DNA of 44,186 nucleotides from an uncultured virus (IMG/VR IMGVR_UViG_3300032138_000963) (IMGVR_UViG_3300032138_000963), one strand, 5' to 3'. Positions 8,415-17,640 are shown, numbered from the stretch's first letter. Notes: a model not told the origin generated them from the sequence alone. Numbers and translations: made by a program.

Positions 8415-8614
8415 GTGCGCTCTCCTTCCGGCTCGTCGATCACCTGCCACCCGCTCTCTTTCGCGGTTGCTCTGGCATTGTGAAATGCGGCCTCTTCCGA
8501 TGGGGCATGGACCCGTTTTTGGCATTCCTCGGGATCGTCAGCAAAGAAGATGCCAACACCCCACTGCCCTTCGTCCCGATCATCAAGCCGAAGGAATACG
8601 GTCTTGGCAGTCAA
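8411..8614 (-). CDS. hypothetical protein
   Basis: TTGA overlap, tiling. Confidence 0.65.
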   Translation of the reverse strand: MTAKTVFLRLDDRDEGQWGVGIFFADDPEECQKRVHAPSEEAAFHNARATAKESGWQVIDEPEGERT

Positions 8615-9225
8615 GCCGTCTGCTCCTGAACGGGCTCGAATTTGGTCTGCAAGTCCGGATTGCTTGCCCAGTTGACGTAGCCCTGCAGTCCATCGATCTC
8701 ACCGGGCTTCGGCGGCTTGGCGGTTTTCTTGAGGTGGATCCCCGTCATCTCCGCGATGACTTCGCGTGCACGCTTGTGCGTGACCGTGCGATGGTAGAAA
8801 CCTGACGGCATGTAGAGCGCCTGAAAGGCGCAGAGCAGTCGGACGGAATCGACCTGGCCGAGCTGGAGCGGTCGCATTTCCATGGCGACGAGTTCGCCCT
8901 TTTCGTCGAGCTGCCAGTATGTGTCGGGGATCGGTACGAGCCCCTCATCGGTCATCTGCATGACCGGCTGCCCGACGGCCCCTTTGTTGCGCTCGAGCTT
9001 GCGTCGCCGCTTCTCTGCGTATGCCGCCTGTCGCCCGGTCGGCCCCTCGGGTTTCTCGATGGAGATCTGGCTGAGGGGAAACGCTTTCGTCCGCGTTTTG
9101 CCACTGCCTGTGGTGTAGGTGACGTGTAATCGCGTTCGTCCGAGCTTCGCCACTTCTGCCTCGTACCAGCTCCCGAAGGAGTAGCAGAATACGGATTGTC
9201 CGACGGTGAATTCCTTGATGTCCAT
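8611..9225 (-). CDS. protein with N-terminal SH3/Tudor-like domain (start MDIKEF)
   Basis: FTVGQSVF...WYEAEVAKLG...LHVTY. Confidence 0.6.
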   Translation of the reverse strand: MDIKEFTVGQSVFCYSFGSWYEAEVAKLGRTRLHVTYTTGSGKTRTKAFPLSQISIEKPEGPTGRQAAYAEKRRRKLERNKGAVGQPVMQMTDEGLVPIPDTYWQLDEKGELVAMEMRPLQLGQVDSVRLLCAFQALYMPSGFYHRTVTHKRAREVIAEMTGIHLKKTAKPPKPGEIDGLQGYVNWASNPDLQTKFEPVQEQTA

Positions 9226-9230
9226 GGTGC

Positions 9231-9695
9231 CTATTCCTCGAGGATTGGTGCGTACTGTCCTGCGTAGTAGTGGTTCGCCTTGGACCTCTTCTCGAACTCT
9301 CGACGCACGTAGGTATCTTCGGCGAGCGCTCGCATGGCCTGAAGGCTGATGTCTTCCCAACCGTATTCCGAGTCGGTGAGGGAGTACAGATTGTACTCCT
9401 CGTGCACCTTGCCGTTCCATTCGAGTGGTCCAGCGTCTTCAGGGATGAATTTTCCGTCGTCGGCGTAGTCACCGGTGATGACGATCCGGTCTCCGGCCCA
9501 AGATCCGATGATAGGATTGTTGGAGCGAAGATCTCCGCCGCCGCGGTTATTTCCGTCGGCAAGTAAAATGGCGAGGCAGCTCATGATGCTCATCTGGCTC
9601 AGTCCGAACTCCATGAGCTTGGCCCCGTTGCCGCAGGCGTGCGGGCTGAGAAACTGCTTCTTGTCGAGATTGACGATTTTGTAGTATTGACCCAT
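9231..9695 (-). CDS. phage hypothetical protein (MGQYY family)
   Basis: MGQYYKIVNLDKKQ...GSWAGDRIVITGDY. Confidence 0.8.
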   Translation of the reverse strand: MGQYYKIVNLDKKQFLSPHACGNGAKLMEFGLSQMSIMSCLAILLADGNNRGGGDLRSNNPIIGSWAGDRIVITGDYADDGKFIPEDAGPLEWNGKVHEEYNLYSLTDSEYGWEDISLQAMRALAEDTYVRREFEKRSKANHYYAGQYAPILEE

Positions 9696-9714
9696 CTTCC
9701 TCTTTTCCTCTCTC

Positions 9715-10125
9715 CTAGAGTCTTCCCTTCGAAAGACGCATGTATAGCTTCAGGACGGGCTCGAGATTCTTGTCGACATCGACCATGTCGGCTTGAGCGT
9801 AGCCCTCGTCGAGCATCCACAAAAACTCCCTGACGGAGACGCCGCATCGAGACCCATCATCCTTTCCGTAGCGTTCGGCCATGACCGGAACGGCGATGTG
9901 GACTCCGTTACTGCAAATGTTGCTTGCCCCGATCTGGATCCTCTTGCCAGACAAGAAGCGCAGCGGCCCATCGTCCGCTTGGCCAGGATGGTCGCCGCTG
10001 TTGTCGCAGATGTAGAGGTCGGCAACGTCGTCGTCGCGCAGAAAGAACCTCTGTCCCTTGCCGCGCGGTTCAGGGCACCCGACCATCTTCCAGGTCGGCA
10101 GATCTTGTTCGTCTCGTTCGCTCAT
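9715..10125 (-). CDS. hypothetical protein
   Basis: ORF tiling. Confidence 0.7.
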   Translation of the reverse strand: MSERDEQDLPTWKMVGCPEPRGKGQRFFLRDDDVADLYICDNSGDHPGQADDGPLRFLSGKRIQIGASNICSNGVHIAVPVMAERYGKDDGSRCGVSVREFLWMLDEGYAQADMVDVDKNLEPVLKLYMRLSKGRL

Positions 10126-10127
10126 GA

Positions 10128-10598
10128 CTACATCTTCCTTTCGTAGGCTCGGAGGAAATCCAGCATTCGCTGATAGACCTCGTCTGCCAGATCTCTGATG
10201 TACTGATGGTCCACCATCGTCTTGATCTCGTTCGGATCACAGCCCTGAACCTCGGCCGCGCACTCGAGGTCGCCCCACTCGAAGGGGAGGTCAAAAAACT
10301 GCCACACGCTCCACTCGACGGCCCAGGTCCGCGTTTCTTCGGCCAGCGCGAGCGCGGTTGCGCGCCCGCTGAAGAAACCTTTGCGTCCTCTGCTGAGCAC
10401 CTCTCCGACAGATTTGGACGTGTGAGCGTTCCACTCGAGCCCAAGCGATGCCGCGTGGCACATCTCGTGAATGAGATGCTCGAGTGCACCATCGACTTTG
10501 TCGCCCATGATGGTTTCGTCCAGCTCGATCAATTGCCAGTCCTCGCAGACATGGACGGCAACCTGAGCGAGAGCGTCAGTCTGCGCTCGGCTCTGCAC
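10128..10598 (-). CDS. putative zincin metallopeptidase
   Basis: LIHEMCH (HEXXH) with a downstream EE third-ligand helix. Confidence 0.6.
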   Translation of the reverse strand: MQSRAQTDALAQVAVHVCEDWQLIELDETIMGDKVDGALEHLIHEMCHAASLGLEWNAHTSKSVGEVLSRGRKGFFSGRATALALAEETRTWAVEWSVWQFFDLPFEWGDLECAAEVQGCDPNEIKTMVDHQYIRDLADEVYQRMLDFLRAYERKM

Positions 10599-10878
10599 GA
10601 AGCTTCGCCTCCTCGACGAGATCGTCCCATCGAGACGTGTCGTCTCCAGAGATGCTCGGCGCCTTTTTCAGCTCGCGGATCATCTCCGCGATGGAAACGC
10701 GCGGAGGATTGATTTCCTCGACATGGACCGTCTGGTCCATCATCTGCTTCCACTCGTCCTCGGTGCAGAGGGCCTCCGGGACAACGAAGCTGTTTCCGAT
10801 GACCAGATCAGAGTCGTCGCTCGACCAGGTTTGCGAATCCTCGAAGAGGACGATGAATTCGGTTTGCTTCTCCGGCAT
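10576..10878 (-). CDS. acidic hypothetical protein
   Basis: TGATG coupling. Confidence 0.7.
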   Translation of the reverse strand: MPEKQTEFIVLFEDSQTWSSDDSDLVIGNSFVVPEALCTEDEWKQMMDQTVHVEEINPPRVSIAEMIRELKKAPSISGDDTSRWDDLVEEAKLRAEPSAD

Positions 10879-11093
10879 CAGGACAGCCCGAGGAGCTTGA
10901 GGAGCTTCTTTTGTTTTGTCTTCGTCGTTCCCTCTTCGATGTCGACCGAGTAGTTCCCGACGTAGGGTCCGGAGTAGATCGACACGCGCACGCCGACGGA
11001 TTTGGCGAGGCTCTTGATTTCCTTTTGCGAATAGCCGCCCTCGGAATGTTTGAGCACGCTGGCGAAACTCTCGTATCGAATTGCTTCAGGCAT
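10878..11093 (-). CDS. hypothetical protein
   Basis: ORF tiling. Confidence 0.65.
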   Translation of the reverse strand: MPEAIRYESFASVLKHSEGGYSQKEIKSLAKSVGVRVSIYSGPYVGNYSVDIEEGTTKTKQKKLLKLLGLS

Positions 11094-11286
11094 TTTCTTT
11101 CTCCACGAGCTGGCCTACGCTCACGCGTTCACGCAGCTCGGCGCATTCACAATGGGCGCACGACCGGTCGCCGTGCGTGAAGTGATTATTCGGCGGGTGG
11201 CCGCACTCGCAGTGGATGACGCCCCACTGGACCGCCTGCTTCCGCGTCAGCTGAATGACAATCTTCTCACCGAGAACCTTGGGCAT
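11086..11286 (-). CDS. small Cys/His Zn-finger protein
   Basis: CECGHPPNNH...CAHCEC; GGAGG RBS. Confidence 0.6.
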   Translation of the reverse strand: MPKVLGEKIVIQLTRKQAVQWGVIHCECGHPPNNHFTHGDRSCAHCECAELRERVSVGQLVEKENA

Positions 11287-12004
11287 TTTTAGCCTCCTGT
11301 TGGGCAAGGAAAACCGGGTGACAGAACTTGCGGTCCAGAGCCTTCACATCGACCTCTTCAACGGGTACGATTTTGAGTCGCTCAGAAGAGGGCTCCAGGA
11401 TCACTTCGCTTTGAGTCCTCGCGTTGAAGTGAAACTGGTCTGCGAAGGGGGCGATGTGCGGATGCTGCAGCGCAGCCTGGACGAGGGGGATGGACATCCC
11501 GCCCTGCATCCGGCAGGCCTGCCACTTGTGGTGCCACAGGACGGTCGAGGAGGGCCTCTCGAGGCGGACGACGTATCCGCGGACATTCGGATGCAGCTCC
11601 GCCACGAATCCGCTCACGGCGGCCTCAGGCGTCGCAAACCACTGGGCACACCCGAGGTCTTCGGAGTGGCTGACGAACCGCATGGTGTCGATGGCGTGAG
11701 CCACGCACCCATCGTCCCCGATCACTGATTCAGGCTCGCCGTCGCGCCGGCCGGGGTTCATCACGATGCCGGCAATCTCGCCAGCCTCGAAAAAAGCGTG
11801 ATTCGAAACGGGTCGACCGTTGTCGATGAGCAACCCTCGAAAGAGGGGGTTCTCTTTGATTGGGACGAGCTTTCGTTGCCGCTTCGCATGGCGCCGAACC
11901 GCTGCACCACTCTCGCGCATTACGGCGTCGGCTTGGGCCATCTGACCAGTGACGGCGTACAGCACGAAGCTGATCCAGCAGTTTGCGTCGCTTCGATGGC
12001 TCAC
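11267..12004 (-). CDS. hypothetical protein
   Basis: 245-aa ORF, GTGA overlap. Confidence 0.6.
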   Translation of the reverse strand: MSHRSDANCWISFVLYAVTGQMAQADAVMRESGAAVRRHAKRQRKLVPIKENPLFRGLLIDNGRPVSNHAFFEAGEIAGIVMNPGRRDGEPESVIGDDGCVAHAIDTMRFVSHSEDLGCAQWFATPEAAVSGFVAELHPNVRGYVVRLERPSSTVLWHHKWQACRMQGGMSIPLVQAALQHPHIAPFADQFHFNARTQSEVILEPSSERLKIVPVEEVDVKALDRKFCHPVFLAQQEAKNAQGSR

Positions 12005-12264
12005 AGGTTCTCGATCTTTTCGAAGTTGAGGAACTCTGGACCGAGCTGCTTTTTAGCCACAGCCTTGCATTCGTCGCAGAGCGACATTGATCCGCACTGC
12101 CCGTCGTCACCTGGCTTTCGCTCCGTTGCGACGACGGTCGGGATCTGGCGGCATCGGACGAGGTATCCGTTTCGTGGGTCCCCTATCTCCCCTCCCATGA
12201 TGAATGGCCCACCGCTTGGCTTTTCAGCCTGGCACCGCTCGAGATCAGGAGGCGTCAGCGCCAC
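12001..12264 (-). CDS. Cys-containing hypothetical protein
   Basis: RCQAE...RC...GSMSLCDEC. Confidence 0.7.
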   Translation of the reverse strand: MALTPPDLERCQAEKPSGGPFIMGGEIGDPRNGYLVRCRQIPTVVATERKPGDDGQCGSMSLCDECKAVAKKQLGPEFLNFEKIENL

Positions 12265-12541
12265 TGGGAAGTCTTTCGGGTACAGATTCGGCAGGGTCGA
12301 GATCGAGGAATATGGCCCTCTTCACTTTTTCGGTACGATCGTTGGCGACCGCGTATTCGTCGATCTTCTCGACGACGTCGCCCCGGTCCCACCGGTCCCT
12401 GAACTCGACCGGTGGCAGATCTCTCAGATCATCATCGGCTTGGATGACGAAAACCGAAATGAAGAAGGTGTTGAGCGGTCGGTCGAGGCCGACAGTGATC
12501 TCGTGCTCAGGGTTCTTCGGATGTAGTTTGACTTGGCTCAT
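12245..12541 (-). CDS. hypothetical protein
   Basis: VGLDRPLNTFFISV motif. Confidence 0.7.
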   Translation of the reverse strand: MSQVKLHPKNPEHEITVGLDRPLNTFFISVFVIQADDDLRDLPPVEFRDRWDRGDVVEKIDEYAVANDRTEKVKRAIFLDLDPAESVPERLPSGADAS

Positions 12542-12750
12542 TTGGAAACTGCCTTTGCTTTTTTCAGTTGTTCGATGCAGGAGTCAAGATCCTCAACCCT
12601 CTTTGGCATATTCGGGTCATCTTCGCACCACTCTTCCAGATGGTTGCAGAAGTCCTCCAGTGCCGCGCGGTTATCCTCGAGCTGCTCGAGCGTGAACTCA
12701 ACGATGAAAACGCATTCAGTCTTGTTCGATGAGGTATTGGATGATGCCAT
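12538..12750 (-). CDS. small hypothetical protein
   Basis: Fills gap; start uncertain. Confidence 0.55.
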   Translation of the reverse strand: MASSNTSSNKTECVFIVEFTLEQLEDNRAALEDFCNHLEEWCEDDPNMPKRVEDLDSCIEQLKKAKAVSK

Positions 12751-13315
12751 TGAAGTCCTTCTCCCATTGCCCCTTGTACTGAGCCACGTCGGCATAGTCG
12801 TCGTCGACCGACGCGTCTGCCATCACCTCCTCCGAAGAGCATCCATAGTCGCCGCTCAGCACTTCGATACGAAATCGTGATGCGACCTCGTAGATCTTCT
12901 TTCCGGCAGGGAGCCTGTCGACGCCGATCTGGCGCATCAGGTGCAACATCTGCTTGTGGAGAGGAATGTCGACATCGGCGTCTGCACACGGGCCTCCTGA
13001 GAATCCGTTATCCCAGTACCCCATGTGTCCGTTGCACAAAACCTGCTGGTTGTATTTTCCGAGCAAGATGCAAAGCTTGGCGAATGGGCCAAACTCGAGC
13101 CCGACCCATTCGACCATGTCGTCGTAGGACCAGTCGTGACTGTCTGGCAGAGATTGCCACTTTCCATATCCGATATTCAGGATAGCCTGCCAGACCTCAC
13201 CATCTTTGAAGTCCTTGTCGTTGCGCCTGAGAAGCTCAGCTTTGAGCCGGGACAGATCCCCGGTCTCGAGTTCCACTTGAGCCATCATCGCCTTGGGAAT
13301 CTTCTTCGCAGCCAT
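12716..13315 (-). CDS. DMP19/DUF4375-like protein (start MAAKKI)
   Basis: YNQQVLCNGHMGYWDNG resembles the (E/Q)V.NGG..QY..N motif. Confidence 0.45.
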   Translation of the reverse strand: MAAKKIPKAMMAQVELETGDLSRLKAELLRRNDKDFKDGEVWQAILNIGYGKWQSLPDSHDWSYDDMVEWVGLEFGPFAKLCILLGKYNQQVLCNGHMGYWDNGFSGGPCADADVDIPLHKQMLHLMRQIGVDRLPAGKKIYEVASRFRIEVLSGDYGCSSEEVMADASVDDDYADVAQYKGQWEKDFNGIIQYLIEQD

Positions 13316-13497
13316 CAGTCTTCTACCTTTTCGACAGTCCACACATCAGGATCGAGCGTGTGGCTGTATTCGACATCGATCTCGTCGTCTTCGAGGTCGT
13401 CGTCGGCAGCCTTCTTGAGCGCTTGCTCCTCGCTGTCCGCGATAACGACCACGGTGTTGACGTGAACTTCTCGGATTCCTACGTGGTACCTGGGCAT
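13315..13497 (-). CDS. small acidic DpnD/PcfM-like protein
   Basis: YHVGIREVH...VVIADSEEQALKKA. Confidence 0.55.
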   Translation of the reverse strand: MPRYHVGIREVHVNTVVVIADSEEQALKKAADDDLEDDEIDVEYSHTLDPDVWTVEKVED

Positions 13498-13500
13498 GAT

Positions 13501-13731
13501 TCAGTCCTCCGGGAGAGTCCATTCTCCCGCGACAGTCTTGCTTTCGGTGGCAGAGTTCCAGCCTGCGATGGCGCTCTGGTGGCGTTCCCTCCGGCTGATA
13601 TCGTCGTTTGCCACCGTTGGACCACGACCGCCACAGTCCGCACACTCGACCTGCGCTTCGCGGTCGAAGTCGTAGACGTGGACGGTCGTGCTCTTGCAAA
13701 AAGGGCACGCGAGCATGTTGCTGCCCGCCAT
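13501..13731 (-). CDS. Lar-family restriction-alleviation-like Zn-ribbon protein
   Basis: LACPFCKS...VECADCGGRGP...AIAGWN. Confidence 0.75.
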   Translation of the reverse strand: MAGSNMLACPFCKSTTVHVYDFDREAQVECADCGGRGPTVANDDISRRERHQSAIAGWNSATESKTVAGEWTLPED

Positions 13732-14051
13732 CAGTCCATCCACTCCGGCTTTTCGAACATGTGCCAGACGAGTAGCCCTCCGCGCATCTGAAATGTTCCG
13801 ATGTGCTGAAGGTCATTCGGAAGGGGTTCATCAATCGGAAGCCTGGGCAGCTCATGCCCTGTTCCGAAGATTAGGAACTTCCGTCGATGCTTCTTTGCTG
13901 TCGACTCGACCATCGCCCACAGGAAGGGGCTCGGCAGAGCTGTCTGCCTTTCGTCGCCCTGAGTTCCGACGTGCAGGATGCGAGCACCGATCGGCATCTC
14001 GATTTCGACCTCATCGTCGATCTTGAATTGGAATTTCCAGATGGTGCGCAT
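13731..14051 (-). CDS. phage hypothetical protein
   Basis: TIWKF...MPIGARILHV...LWAMV...FGTGH...IGTFQ...VWHMFE, a motif set typical of a common phage family. Confidence 0.75.
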   Translation of the reverse strand: MRTIWKFQFKIDDEVEIEMPIGARILHVGTQGDERQTALPSPFLWAMVESTAKKHRRKFLIFGTGHELPRLPIDEPLPNDLQHIGTFQMRGGLLVWHMFEKPEWMD

Positions 14052-14947
14052 CAGTCGAGCGCCTTTCCGTCCACGAAATCCTGGGCCGAAACCTCCTTGG
14101 TTTCTGCGCCGTCCATGGAGACTTTCGAGACGATCACCCCTGTCGCTCCGGCTTTGCGCATCTCGTCGGATTGGCGCGATGCCTCTTTGAGCGCGCGCTC
14201 CATCGCCGCCGCGACATCCTCCCCATCAGTATTGCCCTGCTCGATGACGCGCTTGGCGAGGATGATTCCCTCTCCGTCGCAGCGTTCAGCCTCCTCCTTG
14301 TGCAGCCACAGAGAAAACTCGATATCGAACTGCCCCTTGCCTTCGAGGTGGAAAAGCCAACGCTCGAACCCGGCCTCGTTCATCAGGTCGGCGATGACTT
14401 GCGGATTCGCATTCTGCCCTCCGTACCAGCCGTTCTCGAACCTATCGGCCACCATGACGTACCCGTTTTCTTCCGGGTCGAACATCTGGTTGATCTGCCG
14501 AGGCTCGCCCTCGATGCTGGCCAGATATTCCTCCTGGTCGATGCAGTCGAAGCAGAGCAGCGATCCATCCTCGATATGGTAGTGCGGGCTCCAGCTGTAG
14601 GAATTGGGGGACGTTCGGACGAGGCGGCAACAGTCGTGGCAGTCGCTCCATTCGTCGCTCCACTCGAGTTCGCATCCAAGCTTTTCGAGGACGCGCGCGA
14701 GTCGACAGATCGTGTTATCGATCGTCTTGTGCGTCCTGGTTTCCTCCTCGAACTTGGAGATGTCGTTCCAGTTGCCGCAGACGATCGCCGCTCCTTCAGG
14801 GTCGGTGTACCCAGGCTCTGCGTAGCCAGCGGAATGCCATTGGACATCCTCGATACGCCAAAGCATCTGCCTGTTTTCCGTCGATGCCTTCGCAGCCTCC
14901 ACGGCCCATTCGATGCGTCGATACACATTGACTTCGTTGTTTTCCAT
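14051..14947 (-). CDS. phage hypothetical protein with Zn ribbon
   Basis: GYAEPGY...GNWN...EWSDEWSDCHDC...CFDC. Confidence 0.8.
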   Translation of the reverse strand: MENNEVNVYRRIEWAVEAAKASTENRQMLWRIEDVQWHSAGYAEPGYTDPEGAAIVCGNWNDISKFEEETRTHKTIDNTICRLARVLEKLGCELEWSDEWSDCHDCCRLVRTSPNSYSWSPHYHIEDGSLLCFDCIDQEEYLASIEGEPRQINQMFDPEENGYVMVADRFENGWYGGQNANPQVIADLMNEAGFERWLFHLEGKGQFDIEFSLWLHKEEAERCDGEGIILAKRVIEQGNTDGEDVAAAMERALKEASRQSDEMRKAGATGVIVSKVSMDGAETKEVSAQDFVDGKALD

Positions 14948-14950
14948 CGA

Positions 14951-15283
14951 TCAACCCTCCTCTTCCTCCTGGAAAATGCGCTCCCCCGCAGCCTCTCGTC
15001 GCTCGAAGTCTGCGAAGCAAGCGCTTCGAATATCAGGGAATGCCGTGATCGGGACCTCCCTGTGGGAAAAGTGGACGACAGCGGAGAAGTGCTTCGCAAT
15101 CGCGGTGGCCCAACCAACCTTGTTGACCAGAGGTGACTCACTCTCGCCGAAGCGAATCACCTTGACGTCGACGATGTTGACGACGTTCTTGCGACAGTGC
15201 TCGACGAGCGAGTTCATCGTGGTCGCGTCGATGGCCACGAGTTGTGGTAGGACGTTTTCTTCGTTTCGAAAATCGAGTTCCAT
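14951..15283 (-). CDS. hypothetical protein
   Basis: ORF tiling, GAGGA RBS. Confidence 0.7.
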   Translation of the reverse strand: MELDFRNEENVLPQLVAIDATTMNSLVEHCRKNVVNIVDVKVIRFGESESPLVNKVGWATAIAKHFSAVVHFSHREVPITAFPDIRSACFADFERREAAGERIFQEEEEG

Positions 15284-15287
15284 GGTT

Positions 15288-15704
15288 CTAGTCCTCTGGT
15301 TCTTCCCAGGAGATCGTAGCGTCGATCTCCTTCATCTGTCCGTTGTCGAACGTCCACCGCCACAGCTCCCCGTCTTCCCCGGCCATCTGGACGTAACTCT
15401 TGTCTTCGACCCATGGCGCGAGCGCGTCGAAGAGTTGAGCGTCGTCGCCGAGCTTTTCTCCTTCGAAGTTGATGCCGCAGACCTTTCCGTCTTCGGCGAA
15501 ATCGAGGTCCCATCGGCACGCCCTCATAGCATCCCCGAGGGTCGTTGCCTCGCCGAGCTGTCTCATGTCGACCCATGCCCACGTCGTATTTCGGTTGTCA
15601 GGGTTGCCTTTTCCGGCAACCTCCTTCAGTCCTCGCAAGGCTTCCGAAAGGTTCTCTTTCCGAATGTGGAAGTCGGCGTCTTGCAGGTGCATGCAGTATC
15701 CCAT
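15288..15704 (-). CDS. phage hypothetical protein
   Basis: MGY...GEKLGDD...LAPWV...GEDGELWRW; AGGAGG RBS. Confidence 0.8.
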   Translation of the reverse strand: MGYCMHLQDADFHIRKENLSEALRGLKEVAGKGNPDNRNTTWAWVDMRQLGEATTLGDAMRACRWDLDFAEDGKVCGINFEGEKLGDDAQLFDALAPWVEDKSYVQMAGEDGELWRWTFDNGQMKEIDATISWEEPED

Positions 15705-15712
15705 CGTTCCTC

Positions 15713-15967
15713 CTATTCAATCTGGTTTGAGCAAGTCTCAACCGCGGTCTCAATACCCTCGAGATACGCAGGGGTAGCGATGTCGATTCCAGCGCAGGCG
15801 TGCGCGAGTATCAGGCTCTCTATTGCGTTTACGGAATCTTCCCACTGGAGCTTTGCACGATCCTCTTCTTTGAGCGTATCGAGATCGTGCAAATCCGAGC
15901 GTATAGATCCGCCGCCCTCACTCACCCTGACTACGATTCCAAAGCACCCGATATCAAAAATCTTCAC
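15713..15967 (-). CDS. hypothetical protein (GTG start VKIFDI)
   Basis: GTGA overlap; AIESLILAHACAGIDI motif. Confidence 0.7.
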   Translation of the reverse strand: MKIFDIGCFGIVVRVSEGGGSIRSDLHDLDTLKEEDRAKLQWEDSVNAIESLILAHACAGIDIATPAYLEGIETAVETCSNQIE

Positions 15968-16476
15968 GTCGTCACCTCCACCTTTGCATCGAGCAGCCTG
16001 CGCTTCAGTTTGAAGAGCGATCCCCGCGCGCTCCCGCGAAGCGGACGGAGACTTGTGATGCGAACCTGCGTTACCACGCAACCCTTTACGAGGCTCCAGA
16101 CTTCTCCAACTTTCGGCCTTTTGCTCGAGCGTTCGGCTGCGAGTCGTCGGCACTCTGCACGCCATTCGATGGCGTACTGACTGGTTGCTGGGTCCGCTTC
16201 GTCCAGGTACGAGACCGGGCATTCCTTTTGGACCGGGCCCATAGATTCGTCGATGTCTTTGTAGCCCCATCCGTAACCCTGGTCGCGTTGCAGGAGGTAG
16301 ACGCAGATCCACTTCTTCATCTCGCCAGTCTTCCCGCTCTCGTGCAACGCGTACATCGTGTTGCCGCGAAAACATTTGCGGAGCGTTCTGAACTCGCGCC
16401 CGTCCTCAACCCGTTCTTGGGTGAGATGGTCGATGATCTCAGCTCGCGTTGCGTCCTGGGTGAATAGCCATCCCAT
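15964..16476 (-). CDS. DUF6927-like protein
   Basis: MGWLF...WGYKDIDESMGP...CPVSYLD...EWR. Confidence 0.7.
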   Translation of the reverse strand: MGWLFTQDATRAEIIDHLTQERVEDGREFRTLRKCFRGNTMYALHESGKTGEMKKWICVYLLQRDQGYGWGYKDIDESMGPVQKECPVSYLDEADPATSQYAIEWRAECRRLAAERSSKRPKVGEVWSLVKGCVVTQVRITSLRPLRGSARGSLFKLKRRLLDAKVEVTT

Positions 16477-16836
16477 TCAATCCTCCGCTCCGTCCTCGAG
16501 CTTCAAGGTCTCGAAACTGTAGAATCCACCGCACTGCCCACCGAGATCCTCGTTTTCCATGAGCGCGTAAAGTTCGCCCGTGTCGACCTCGACAGCCTTT
16601 CGAACCTCAGCCTCGATTTCGTCGAAGCTCATCTGTTCCAGATCTTCCTGGGAAACGTGGGAGATCAGCAGCTTTCGGAAATCATCCGCGGCGACATTCT
16701 CCATGACCCAGGTGATGTCGAGATTGATGACGAACGCGCGGCACTTGTCCTCATCTAGGAAGGCTTGACCGCGCGGCTCCCAGCGCCCGTACTCGTCTTG
16801 CTCCTCCACGTAGTGGATAAAAGTCCCCTTTTTCAT
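16477..16836 (-). CDS. acidic hypothetical protein
   Basis: ORF tiling. Confidence 0.7.
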   Translation of the reverse strand: MKKGTFIHYVEEQDEYGRWEPRGQAFLDEDKCRAFVINLDITWVMENVAADDFRKLLISHVSQEDLEQMSFDEIEAEVRKAVEVDTGELYALMENEDLGGQCGGFYSFETLKLEDGAED

Positions 16837-16839
16837 TGC

Positions 16840-17349
16840 TCAAATCTCCTCCCTCTTCCACTCTGCAAGCTTCCCCTCCCTGTATTCGGTCAGGTCGGGA
16901 TCTGTGCCTCGCGCCAGGATCTTTCCTGTCTCGAGGTCGACAATCGCATCGTCTTTTCGAAACGGATTCGTGCTCTTGAAGCTGTTGGTGTTCTGGATGC
17001 ATATCGGCCAGCCGTTGCCGCGCATGTTGGAGCACCAGGCAGATCGCTCACCATCCATCTCAACTGCTTCTTCGTAGCGGATCAACCGGCCGCCGAGGTA
17101 GTACCGACCCTCTCGGCTGACCTCCTTCGAGGCTACCTCCATCTTGCCGCCCTCACCGTCGTCGATTGGTTCAGAGACGAGCTTGGTTACGATGTCGAAT
17201 CCGTACGGGGTAGCGCTGTATCGCTCAGAGATCTCCTTGGAGCTTGCCACCGCCTCCTCCACCGTGCCCTCGGCCAGCTCTCGCATCGAGGTCTCGGCGA
17301 ATAGCGTTCCTGGGCTGAAAAACTGGGCAAACACTTTTCGTTCTGGCAT
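16840..17349 (-). CDS. phage hypothetical protein
   Basis: FFSPGTLFAET motif; GAGGA RBS. Confidence 0.75.
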   Translation of the reverse strand: MPERKVFAQFFSPGTLFAETSMRELAEGTVEEAVASSKEISERYSATPYGFDIVTKLVSEPIDDGEGGKMEVASKEVSREGRYYLGGRLIRYEEAVEMDGERSAWCSNMRGNGWPICIQNTNSFKSTNPFRKDDAIVDLETGKILARGTDPDLTEYREGKLAEWKREEI

Positions 17350-17364
17350 CGTCTTCCTCTTTTG

Positions 17365-17492
17365 AAATGGTGCCGGTTACTCTCCACCGGCAAGTCCCCC
17401 ATGTCTCGATCTGCAGGGCGGCACGAGTGCTTATCGGGGCCTGCAGCTTCACCTACGTTCGTTTTGGCGGTTCGACTCCGCACCGTAGGCCG
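17365..17492 (-). ncRNA. candidate structured intergenic RNA (three hairpins, possible pseudoknots)
   Basis: Stems 17371-17377/17386-17392, 17411-17417/17440-17446, 17452-17457/17484-17489. Confidence 0.45.
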
Positions 17493-17496
17493 ACAA

Positions 17497-17640
17497 CTAT
17501 TTGACCGGAAGCCCTGGAAGGTCCGGTCGGAATCGAATCGTCGCTTTTCCGTAGCGACCTTTGGTTGCCTGGAATTCGTGCTCTCCCGTCTTCTCGAGAA
17601 CTCCGCGTGTGACGAGTTCCTCGCAATGGGCCTCAGTCAT
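17497..17640 (-). CDS. small hypothetical protein (start MTEAHC)
   Basis: Start overlaps upstream stop. Confidence 0.55.
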   Translation of the reverse strand: MTEAHCEELVTRGVLEKTGEHEFQATKGRYGKATIRFRPDLPGLPVK

